Program-made: the position numbers and the translations under genes
DNA from: Antedon mediterranea
Taxonomy: Eukaryota > Animalia > Echinodermata
Assembly (NCBI RefSeq): GCF_964355755.1
Contig: NC_092674.1
Span: 3,534,001 to 3,598,000, forward strand
Direction: 5' to 3'
Length of the DNA: 64,000 nt
Part shown: positions 11,628 through 23,500 of the stretch, one piece after another
How the letters are laid out: each line of letters opens with the position of its first letter
Position numbering within the stretch: position 1 is the first letter of the stretch
The notes under the pieces: model-generated
Database searches by the model: none
What the model was told of the DNA's origin: nothing
The model's input: only the letters and a program-made list of their open reading frames with translations

Positions 11628-14600
11628 ATGATGGCAGAAGGTGGAGGAAATTCAGTGTTTACTTCTCTTGTATTGGGGGAAGGAGATAACCAGCAATTGG
11701 CAAGCGATGGTGAAAATGAGCTGCCAGCACAAATTAAAAGCAACCAACAAAAACTGAAAAAGTTTGTGCGGAAATCTGAATGGTTAATGAAACATCCGAT
11801 TAGGCAGAACTTGTGGAGAGATTTGTGTCTAAGGAATACGCAGGTTGGACCATCCATTTATGAGGAATTGGCAGACAGTGGCAGAGATGAAGAAGGTGAT
11901 TATCAAACTAGTTTGACAAAAAAAGGCACATCACATTTTTTTGTCACAATATTATTACTTGTATAGCGCACATTTTAATTATAATCAGCGGCGCTTCACA
12001 TCAACAGTATCATAACATTGTTTGAAATATAATGCCTTTCAATGTTTTCTAAACTGATTATTGTCGTCTAAGTGTTTAATGTGACTTGGTAAACTGTTCC
12101 AAATTTTGGGTCCTGCTACGGCAAATGAACAGTTCAGCAAATGTCTTATAAAGTCATTTATAATTTTTTATAGTGTAAACAGAGCTTTATGAATTTACAA
12201 ACAATTTAGCGCTACCGGTATATATTTTAACTACTTGGTAAACATAAAATGTACTTTTGATAAATTTTTTCCATAACAGTAACTTTTTCACATTTTAAGA
12301 TGAGGTTTACATTTCTTTTTTTTCGCAGAACTAATTAAAGGTTCAAAATTACCACAGTTTATCGACGAGGGCCACATTCTGTTCTACAAACTGAACGATT
12401 ATGGACAACAAATATTACACAAAATGATGTTCGCGATTGAAAACGCACATCCAGAAATAACATACTGCCCTCTCTTACTGCCGCTTGCGAGTGTTTTACT
12501 TCATTACGTCGAGGAGTCCGTTTGTTTTGAATGTCTGGTGGCGCTATTGCAAGAACAAACCTTAAAGTATTTACATCAAACGCGAGTGGAATATGAAGCA
12601 TTTTTAATGAATTTTACAAAAATTGCGGCAAAGTTCATAGTAAGTTTGTAACCGTTGTGTATACAGTGGATCCCTATGCAGCGACACCTGTTGAATCCAA
12701 CGAAGTGTCCCTTAATAAGAGTCTTAAAACATATTTCTCCGCATTTGTTTCCCAGGATAAAATTGTTCTACTGTATTGAATTTAAAATTAGTATACAGCA
12801 GTACATAATCCAGTATTCTAGTGAAATCATACTAAGATGCGAGCTTATCAATTTGATCTATACATGTGGTTATACACTATTGCGTTACTATCTACCTTCA
12901 GAATCTAGTTTCATGTTGTATATGAAAGCAGAATATTGGTTGATTTCACTCTCGCTCATGCAGTTTCATACACCTTGTGCGATGCCAAAAAACAGTTTTC
13001 TACTCCAAATTCAAATATATCAGCAGTTAATCTTTTAAAGAAGATGTTAACATCAACATTTATATACAATACTGCCCATTGCTATGATCGCTCATAATCA
13101 GTATCATTGACATTTGGTTAAAATAAAATGTCTTAAACATTTCCTGGTATATTAAGACCAATTTACACATACGAGCGGTAAAGGTAAGCGGAAAACCGCA
13201 TAGCTTGTCCCACATAGAATCTGTATCTATCCTGAGCTGAAACCGCCTGTGTACTCCATCATAAGTAATAATATAGGTTCTATATTTTTATTACCGTTAC
13301 TGCTCGTCTGTGTAAAGTGGCCATTATAGTGAATTTATGTTTTGAACTACCGTATATAAAGTGTTTGTCTAGATTGTTTATTACTGTAATACCAGACTTC
13401 AGTGTTTACATAGTCTACCATTGTTCTATTATTACAGCCTCAGACACATTCTTACCTAACAGAGCAAAATGAATCTAAAGAATTTTTGAAGAATTGGATT
13501 TGGATAATATTTGAAGATTTGCCATTTTCTCACCTGGTAAGTATTTGTATATGATACTGCATTTGAAATGAGTGCCATTTAGTTCTCTAAAGCTCTGTCT
13601 ACACTATCAAACTTTATGTGACAAAAAATGTGATGTGCCCATATATGGACATGATGTCAAACTAGTTTGATATAGTGTACACAGAGCTTAAGCTAGAATC
13701 TTCACCAAGAAGCTATAATATTATATTTTTATTATTTTTTAGGTACGTATTATAGATTGCTTTCTGGTGGAAGGACTAAAAGTGTTGTACCGAGTTGGTT
13801 TGGCTTTGGCAGATTCTTATAAAAAAGCAACAGGTAACTATTGCATTTATAGTAAAAAATATGCATGCACAGTATAAAATGCATAAAATTGTAGTGGAGC
13901 TGTAGCTTCCAATCCCAAGGTCAATCCTTTCCTAGTGCCAGAGTTGTAACTCACAACTCTTTTAACTCCACTCCCTAAGCCTCAAATGAGACGTAGTTTA
14001 TAAGCACGTTAGATTATTGAATAAATTATAAAATAGTTTATCCATCCTGTAATTGGCGAGTTATTCGCTGTTAGATGCGTGTGGGGAAAAAAAATCTGAC
14101 CTTAAATCGCACTACTGCTGGCAATGGGTACCCTCAATTAGGAATTATGTCCATTATTTGATGACTTTTTTTTGGTTACTTGAAAATCAATCGCCAAGCT
14201 AATTTATTACGTTATTTTGTTCATATTATAAATAAGTGAATTGAACTCCCCCTCCCACCACCCCACCAAAAGAAAGAAACTTGCATATAGTACATACATG
14301 TATGGATATTGTCAGTCATGCAGGTGGTTTTAAGCTCTGTCTATATTATCAAACTTATGTGACAAATAAAATGTAATGTGCCCATATATGGACACAAAAT
14401 GACATCATATCATATACCATAATGTAGACAGAGCTTTATATAGCGCCTAATACAATGACATCATATCACTACCATAGTGTAGACAGAGCTTTAATTTTAG
14501 AAAAATAAATCTATTCAATGACTAGACTCACTTGAATAGATTTATTTTTCCAAGCATATTGTATATTGTTAATCTGCTTAACTCGAAATAATTTTTTTTA

Positions 14601-17600
14601 TATAGGATTTTTATAAGTAAATAAATAAATTCATTTAAATTAATACTATTGTATATATTGCTTAAAATAAATTAAAACCTTGATAAATATATTTAAAATA
14701 CCAGATAAATTTTAATGATTAATGTACAGTATATTTATTTTTCTTATGCATATTGTAAATTGTTTTGTATTTTTTATCTGTAATGTAAATTTTTTATATA
14801 ATGTGCTACAATAATTTCAGACTTGTTCTGCTTTTTGTAATGTTTTATATACCGAAATAAATAATAAAAAAAAAAAAAATTGTACATAGCATGTATTTCC
14901 ATTTTCTAAAACATATTTTTCTTGTTTAAGGTGCAAAAAAAAGCAATGATCTTATGTCTTCCATTAGAGAACATGCGAGAAACATACCAGAATCACCTAA
15001 ACAATTACTGAAGGTGAGAAATAATCACAAAGAACATTGTTTGTTTAGTCAACAAACATATCTTAAGCTTGTATGGGCATATATGTGAAATGTCAGAATA
15101 AAGTAAACATTTGTCAATTTTTTATACGTATTTGTTCAATCTACTGTGAAATAATATAAAAAGTATTTGCACGATTTCTTTTTACAGGCTGCTTTTCAAT
15201 TCCGTGGGTTTTCAAGAGCTACAATTAGGTCGATTCAAAGTAAAAATCAAGTCAAGGTGCGGAATAAGCTTTCTGAATTACAGAGCCCTCAACGTCTTGG
15301 ACACAATGTCACCGTAGCGACTCAAATTAACTCCAACATTATCAGTCACTCTCAGGTGAGTAGGAAATTAACATTAGTATAGAAAATGAAATAAAAATGA
15401 TGATTTAAGGAAACAAAATTGTTATTATGTAGTAATAATGTATTAATTAAAAATGTGTTTCGGTTTCTGTTTATTTTTAGATGTGATGGTAGTAAATTTG
15501 CATATTCTAACAAAATGGAACTACTCAAACACATTTTAAACGCATACAAAATAGTTTATGCGCATATTAAATAGTTTTTTGTAGTGCATATTTAAATACA
15601 GTTTTTTGTAGTGCATATATAGTGAAAATTTAAAAAAGTTGTTTTATGACCTAGAATATTGGTTCATTATGTTTTTATATTGATCTCTATCTTGGCATCT
15701 CTCTACCAAATATGTAATATGCAAAAATATATACAACAGTATTGTCTGTTTAAAATTTCAAATACGTCATTGTATTGTATTGGGCAAAATCAATGGTGTA
15801 CGTGGGCATTAAACCTATTTACTTATAACAATTGACATAGCATTTGAGGGTTGTGTATTATAATGGCAATTATACACAAACAATGCTAGTCTGTCCGATA
15901 GTTAAACGTGTACAGGGCATTCCCCAGTGTATTTGTTAATGTATAATAATGCAATGTATTTTGAACAAGGACCATTATATGGATAGGTGTGGAAAGTACA
16001 AATTTAAGAAATATGATTTTGGATTAATTCTGAATACAAACCAAACAAAATCTCGCCTTTTTCAATAATTCTTGCAATCTCAAAGAATTTGTTTCTGTTA
16101 CATATTCAGTACTGCCATCATTGCCTGCAATGTGATATTTTCACTGTTACAGTAGCAACTCTTAATTCCACCTAGACTATCCAATTACATAGACACCTTA
16201 GGCAGGCACAATACAAGTGCTATGATACTGTTAAGTTGTATTAGCTATTGCAGATTTTACCTTTTTAACCTATAAGTCTATAAAGATAATTTATGCATAA
16301 TTATGAACAAGGACCATTATATGGATAGGTGTGGAAAGTACAAATTAAAAAAAATATGCTTTTGGATTCATTCTGAATAAAAATCTCTAAAATCTCACCT
16401 TTTCCCATATTTCTTGTTGGTCTTTTAATGCTGTGAGACATTCAGTAAGTTATAAAAGGGCAGGGTCGTAACCACCAGTATGGTTGGTAAGCATTCAACC
16501 GAACCACTTTTTTACAGAAGCCTTTGACAATCCAGTGGTTTGAACAAAGATTGAACTTCCCTTTTCTTGCGAAAAACCGCACCACTTTATTTCTTGTGGT
16601 CAGCAAGATCAAGTTTATTAGATACAGTACTGTATATCTATATGCACGATGTTTTATCATTAATATACATTATCGTTGTTGGAAATTGTGTGTCTCACTT
16701 GTGTTTGCCACTTGAGCAAGCATGACGTGTAAAAAGTTCTGTTTCTATTTTGATGTTTGCCATCCATGTTTTTCGGTCTTCCTTTTGGTCTTTCGCTGAT
16801 AATAATATTATTGTTAAATAAAACCTGGAAAATTAAATATGTTATGTATTCTTTCATCCCATATTTTTATTTGCAGTTGCAAGGTTTGTGGAAATGGCTG
16901 CCTGAGCGTATAGCTTTGTTGAAACCAAAATTGATTTTTAGCACCAGTGAACATGGTTATAGCTTAATATCACTGTATAACCAGTGCCAAGAAACAGAAC
17001 CTTTGCTGCTATTAGTAAAGTCTGTGAAACAAGAGGTATGTACAGTAAAGCTCCGTCTACACTATCAAACGTTATGTGACAAAAAATGTGATGTGCCCAT
17101 ATATGGACATGTCGTATGGTCATATTACTACCATATTTGGGCACATTTTTTGATAGTCTTCCTAGCTGACATAAATATATACAAACTATAAAATTATAAA
17201 TATACATTTATTGGCTTAAATTTTCAATGAACTCAATTTGATGAATTTCTGCTTTGTACACAGATATTTGGCGCTTATTTGTCGACCAACCTCGAGGAAA
17301 GAAACAATAAAGAAAGGAAGCTGGCGTTTTTCGGAACAGGAGAATGTTTTCTTTTCTCGCTTGTGCCTGAACAAGAAAAATATGGATGGGTTGGACTTGA
17401 AGATAATGAGACGCTTGATGCCACTAACCAGATGTTCATTCGAGCGGCTGGTAACCTTCTGGTCATTGGAGGAGGGTAAGTTAATTATTACAAGCGGTGG
17501 CGTAACGGTTATGAGCGCTCAATGGCTAAACCCAGAGGCCCTGGAGCCTACAGAGGCCCTGAGCAGTGCCAAGAGGAAAAACAAGCATTAAAATATGTCA

Positions 17601-19057
17601 AAAAAGGCTAAGTGTTGGTAGGGTCTCTGATCCAGTGGCTTCTGATCCAGTGGCCCCACTGATCCAGTGGCCCCACTGATCCAGTGGCCCCACTGATCCA
17701 GGTGCCCCCACTGATCCAGGGGCCCCCACTGAACCAGGGGCCCCCACTGAACCAGGGGCCCCCACTGAACCAGGGGCCCCCACTGAACCAGGGTCCCCCA
17801 CTGAACCAGGGGCCCCCACTGAACCAGGGGCCCCCACTGAACCAGGGGCCCCCACTGAACCAGGGGCCCCCACTGAACCAGGGGGCGATTTTTTTTTTCG
17901 TACATAAGTTGGGGACCCCTTCATGAAACGTCACAAAATAAACATGAATAATTCATCAGTTAAATTTGTTGTTCCGTGTGCACCCAAGCGTATAGCAACA
18001 AGAAGTGATTACAACTGCGATACGATACTTTCTACAGTAGGCCTAGGATTATAAGTCAATTCACGTGATTGCCTTCGCGCACTCTTCTTCACACAAAATG
18101 TGTCGAGTCGAGGCTAATCGACAGCTAGGCAAGTACGGCAAGACATTAAACTAAGTAGTAATTCATTGGACATGAAAGCTTAGACCCACAAGAATAAAGA
18201 ATGTGTAATTTGTGTACTGTATTTTTTTAATTCTGCTATTTTATTATCAAACAATATGCATGTACTCAAAGGAACTTTAAAAATGCGCGTATATGAACAC
18301 ATGAGATGGGAAGATTTGACCCACGAGAATAAAAATGTATTTTTGTGTAATGTTTATTGTTTAATTTTGCTGACTTATTACTCGGATTGTGTCATACTTA
18401 ACACACACACGTCACACACACTCACACAGCTACTACTAGAATAGACATGGGTTTAGAGACTAATAATTAGGCCTAATAGTATTAATAGAAACTATAGTTT
18501 TAACACGTAATTCTTTAGTAAAAAATTATATTAAAAACACCATAAACTAAAGGCTGATTATTTCGACAATCCACACAAAACGCCGCTATTCTTCTATGAA
18601 ATCGCACGCCGCAACAACAGCGGAGATAGGCCTAGAATCGTACCGCACTTGTGTAATCACTTCTTGTTGCTATACGCTTGGGTGCACACGGAACAAGAAA
18701 ATTTAACTGATGAATTATTCATGTTTATTTTGTGACGTTTCATGAGGGGGTCCCCAACTTATGTACGAAAAAAAAAATCGCAACCAGGGGGCCCAACTAA
18801 ACCAGGGGGCCCCACTGAACCAGGGGCCCACTGAACCAGGGGCCCCACTGAACCAGGGGGGCCACTGAATACAATGTACCTGTACTTGAATATTATTATT
18901 TTCTTTTACTTGCAGCGATGGAGATGGAATTCACTTAAAGAGTGACCTTAACAACGGTTGGACGTCTTACTGCGATACATTTGGAAACCCACCTCTAGCA
19001 TCAAATGGACAGTTCCAGTGTGCAGAAGTTGAAGTTGTGTCATTTGACACAGATTAG
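11628..19057 (+). CDS. TBC1D24: TBC1 domain family member 24 / Skywalker-like (Rab-GAP TBC domain + TLDc domain)
   Basis: Coding exons 11628-11895, 12329-12639, 13438-13536, 13743-13833, 14931-15013, 15188-15355, 16877-17035, 17264-17475 and 18916-19057, all GT-AG and phase-consistent; 1533 nt = 510 aa + stop. TBC motifs: [36 protein letters not shown]. TLDc motifs: [50 protein letters not shown]. An in-frame upstream ATG exists at 11577, but ttctag at 11623 plus donor AAG|gtaggt at 11459/60 suggests a 5' UTR intron and a start at 11628. Confidence 0.93.
11949..12147 (-). mobile_element. L2/CR1-group LINE 3' fragment nested in a family-1 MITE (11901-12186)
   Basis: Minus strand encodes [18 protein letters not shown] (ORF2 C-terminus) followed by the agcgc..gcgctatacaagtaataat 3' stem-loop/tail. 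The flanks rejoin to MITE sequence ttgtcac|ataaagt...tagtgtaaacagagct. Confidence 0.8.
12664..12773. mobile_element. pogo/Tigger-like MITE
   Basis: TA|CAGTGGA...TTCTACTG|TA with internal gacacc..aagtgtccc motifs. Confidence 0.6.
13155..13324. mobile_element. Harbinger-like MITE (family 3)
   Basis: Inverted ends ccaatttacacatacgagcggtaa / ttactgctcgtctgtgtaaagtgg; related copy at ~53010-53200. Confidence 0.6.
13591..13688. mobile_element. PIF/Harbinger-like MITE family 1 (short copy)
   Basis: TIR AGCTCTGTCTACACTATCAAAC, TAA/TTA-type flanks, interior tgtgacaaaaaatgtgatgtgcccatatatggacatgatg. Confidence 0.85.
13890..14090 (+). mobile_element. SINE-like repeat, second copy
   Basis: Shares a ~60-bp core and the gcgtgtggg end with 2933-3170. 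Confidence 0.55.
14333..14490. mobile_element. MITE family 1 with duplicated right end
   Basis: Left TIR agctctgtctatattatcaaac; right TIR tgtagacagagct occurs twice (~14424 and ~14478). Confidence 0.8.
17049..17157. mobile_element. MITE family 1 (right TIR truncated)
   Basis: agctccgtctacactatcaaac...gggcacattttttgatagt. Confidence 0.8.
17627..18869. repeat. GC-rich ~18-bp minisatellite split by an insertion (arms ~17627-17884 and 18782-18869)
   Basis: ccccactgaaccaggggc units lie in the same orientation on both sides of the TIR element. Confidence 0.9.
17885..18781. mobile_element. Non-autonomous Mutator(MULE)-like element, ~130-bp TIRs, 9-bp TSD
   Basis: gcgattttttttttcgtacataagttggggaccc...agaagtgattaca (17885-18012) is the near-perfect reverse complement of 18652-18781. 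AACCAGGGG is duplicated at 17876-17884 and 18782-18790. Confidence 0.85.
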
Positions 19058-19945
19058 TATTCTTACTAATAGTTGTTCCATTGTAATAATGAATGTTACT
19101 TGCAAAGGTTATCAGGGTTTATACTAGTACTGAACATTCCACAATTTGAGTAATTCTAACATTTGTTGGACATGTTTAAAATACTTATATTTGATACACA
19201 TCGCTTAGTGTCATAATCAGAAATGTCTGGTCAAATCATATGTATATTTTTATTGTTTTACAGACACTAAATAATAATAACAATAATGTAATACAATACT
19301 GTAATATTAAAATGTAAGGTTTTGTTCCGGGCATTAAATGTTATTTTTATATAAAGGTTATATATTATTTTTTTAAACTATATTATAAATAACCAACTTA
19401 TTTTTATTTACTTTTGTATAAGGTAAATGATTTTAATTAACGTCTATAAAACAATATTATTTTTCTTAGTAGATAAATATCAATAGCAATTTAACCATAT
19501 GGCAAATAACAATTTTGACAGTGGTTAATGGAGAATTAATGTGTTATTAAATAAGACTATTATATTATTATTATTAATGTGGTTAGTGTCTAATTTAAAT
19601 AACTATAGCAAGTTAGGTGTGGCTGAATTTTACTGCATGTGCTATACTACTGTTATATTGTTAATATTTATTGGACATTCTGTTATTAAATATTACTATA
19701 CAGTATTATTATTAATATGGTTAGTGTCTAATTTATAGCAAGTGTGGCTGAATTTTATAATACTGCATGTGTCATAATACTTATTGTTAATATTTATTTC
19801 CTCGTACATACCTACCCTACTATGTATTTACTTGCACTTTTGAATAAATGATGGTAAAAATGATGCATTTTAAAATGTTATTTTTGCTTTTTTTTTATAT
19901 ATCTCTCTAGTACAAGACTGAACAATAATAATACATATTTGTCCA

Positions 19946-20506
19946 GGGAAGTTTCCGAAAAATGTTTTGAGAACTGGTTACTATGACTATATAGGATGAT
20001 TGTAACGCAATATATTTGCATAAAAAGCAATATTATTGCATAATAATTACATTTTAAAAGGTCAATATTTTGGCTGTTTTTGAAAAAATTCCTGTACAGG
20101 GAAATTTTCGAAAAATTACCAAATTTCGACCCTTTTATTTTTTGACCAAACTGGTTACTGTGACTATATAAGAGGATGATAACGCAATATATGTGCATAT
20201 ATGCTAATATTATTTCATAATTGAATTTAAAAAATCGATATTTTGGTTATTTTTGAAAAAATTCCTGTACTATAGCACAGGGAAATTTTCGAAAAATTAC
20301 CAAGTTTCGACCCTTTTATTTTTGACCAAACTGGTTACTATGACTATATAAGATGGATAAAGCAATATATATGAATATATGGCAATATTATTGCATAATA
20401 ATTGAATTTTAAAAAGTAGATATTTTGGCTATTTAAAAAAAATTCCTGTAAAGGGAAATTTTCGAAAAATTACCAAATTTCGACCCTTTTATTTTTTGAC
20501 CAAACT
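19946..20506. repeat. Diverged ~178-bp tandem repeat (left flank of the satellite, ~3 units)
   Basis: ctggttact recurs at ~19974, 20151, 20331 and 20505. Contains module B in inverted orientation plus an AT-rich module (gcaatatatgtgcatatatgc-aatattattgcataataattgaa). Confidence 0.85.
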
Positions 20507-23500
20507 GGTTACTATAGCACAACTGACATGCGCAGAACCCATTATTCGACTCTGCGCATTTTTATTATGCTATAGTACCATTTACGTCAAAAAATGAAAG
20601 GGTCGAAATTCAGCAATTTTTCGAAAATTTCCCTGTACTATAGTACAGGGTTTTTTTCAAATAATTGCCAATTTTCGACCTTTTTATTTTTCGATAAAAC
20701 TGGTTACCATAGCACAATTGACATGCGCAGAACCCATTATTCGACTCTGCGCAAGTTTATTATGCTATAGTAACTATTTATGTCAAAAATTAAAAGGTCG
20801 AAAATTGGCCATTTTTTGAAAATTTCCCTGTATTATAGTACAGGGATTTTTAAAAAAATGTGCAATTTTCGACCTTTTTATTTTTCGATAAAACTGGTTA
20901 CTATAGCACAATTGACATGCGCAGAACCCATTATTCGACTCTGCGCATGTTTATTATGCTATAGTAACCATTTACGTCAAAAAATGAAAGGGTCGAAATT
21001 CGGCAATTTTTCGAAAATTTCCCTGTACTATAGTACAGGGTTTTTTCAAATAATTGCCAATTTTCGACCTTTTTATTTTTCGATAAAACTGGTTACTATA
21101 GCACTATTGACATGCGCAGAACCCATTATTCGACTCTGCGCATGTTTATTATGCTATAGTAACTATTTATGTCAAAAGTGGTTACTATAGCACAATTGAC
21201 ATGCGCAGAACCCATTATTTGACTCTGCGCATGTTTATTATGCTATAGTAACCATTTACGTAAAAAAATAAAAGGGTCGAAAATCGGCCATTTTTCGAAA
21301 ATTTCCCTGTACTATAGTACAGTGATTTTTTCAAATAATTGCCAATTTTCGACCTTTTTATTTTTCGATAAAACTGGATATTATAGCACAATTGACATGC
21401 GCAGAACCCATTATTCGACTCTACGCATGTTTATATGCTATAGTAACTATTTATTTCAAAAGGGGTTACTATAGCACAATTGAGATGCGTAGAAACCATT
21501 ATTTGACTCTACGCATGTTTATTATGCTATAGTAACCATTTATGTCAAAAAATAAAAGGGTCGAAAATCGGCCATTTTTCGAAAATTTACCTGTACTATA
21601 GTACAGGGATTTTTCCAAAAATGGCCAATTTTTGACCTTTTTATTTTTCGATAAAACTGGTTACTATAGCACAATTGACATGCGCAGAACCCATTATTTG
21701 ACTCTGCGCATGTTTATTATGCTATGGTAACTATTTATGTCAAAAGTGGTTACTATAGCACATTTGACATGCGCAGAACCCATTATTCGACTCTGCGCAT
21801 GTTTATTATGCTAAAGTAACTATTTATGTCAAAAGTGGTTACGATAGCACAATTGACATGCGTAGAAACCATTATTTGACTCTGCGCATGTTTATTATGC
21901 TATAGTAACCATTTACGTCAAAAAATGAAAGGGTCGAAATTCGGCCATTTTTCGAAAATTTCCCTGTACTATAGTACAGGGTTTTTTCAAATAATTGCCA
22001 ATTTTCGACCTTTTTATTTTTCGATAAAACTAGTTACTATAGCACTATCGACATGCGCAGAACCCATTATTCGACTCTGCGCATGTTTATTATGCTATAG
22101 TAACTATTTATGTCAAAAGTGGTTACTATAGCACAGTTGACATGCGCAGAACCCATTATTCGACTCTGCGCATGTTTATTATGCTATAGTAACCATTTAT
22201 GTCAAAAAATAAAAGGGTCGAAAATCGGCCATTTTTCGAAAATTTCCCTGTACTATAGTAAAGGGATTTTACGAAAAATGGCCAATTTTCGACCTTTTTA
22301 TTTTTCGATAAAACTGGTTACTATAGCACAATTGACATGCGCAGAACCCATTATTCGACTCTGCGCATGTTTATTATGCTATAGTAACTATTTATGTCAA
22401 AAGTGGTTACTATAGCACAATTGACATGCGCAGAACCCATTATTTGACTCTGCGCATGTTTATTATGCTATAGTAACCATTTACGTAAAAAAATAAAAGG
22501 GTCGAAAATCGGCCATTTTTCGAAAATTTCCCTGTACTATAGTACAGTGATTTTTTCAAATAATTGCCAATTTTCGACCTTTTTATTTTTCGATAAAACT
22601 GGTTATTATAGCACAATTGACATGCGCAGAACCCATTATTCGACTCTACGCATGTTTATATGCTATAGTAACTATTTATTTCAAAAGTGGTTACTATAGC
22701 ACAATTGACGTGCCCAGAACCCATTATTCGACTCTGCGCATGTTTATTATGCTATAGTAACCATTTATGTCAAAAAATGAAAGGGTCGAAAATCGGCCAT
22801 TTTTCGAAAATTTCCCTGTACTATAGTACAGGATTTTTTCAAATAATTGCCAATTTTCGACCTTTTTATTTTTCGATAAAACTAGTTACTATAGCACTAT
22901 CGACATGCGCAGAACCCATTATTCGACTCTGCGCATGTTTATTATGCTATAGTAACTATTTATGTCAAAAGTGGTTACTATAGCACAGTTGACATGCGCA
23001 GAACCCATTATTCGACTCTGCGCATGTTTATTATGCTATAGTAACCATTTATGTCAAAAAATAAAAGGGTCGAAAATCGGCCATTTTTCGAAAATTTCCC
23101 TGTACTATAGTAAAGGGATTTTTCGAAAAATGGCCAATTTTCGACCTTTTTATTTTTCGATAAAACTGGTTACTATAGCACAATTGACATGCGCAGAACC
23201 CATTATTCGACTCTGCGCATGTTTATTATGCTATAGTAACTATTTATGTCAAAAGTGGTTACTATAGCACAATTGCCATGCGCAGAACCCATTATTTGAC
23301 TCTGCGCATGTTTATTATGCTATAGTAACCATTTACGTAAAAAAATAAAAGGGTCGAAAATCGGCCATTTTTCGAAAATTTCCCTGTACTATAGTACAGT
23401 GATTTTTTCAAATAATTGCCAATTTTCGACCTTTTTATTTTTCGATAAAACTGGTTATTATAGCACAATTGACATGCGCAGAACCCATTATTCGACTCTA

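Noticed and set aside
17588-17934. Collagen/elastin-like GAPGSV ORFs
   Set aside because: 18-bp intronic minisatellite, open on both strands, with no splice or domain context.
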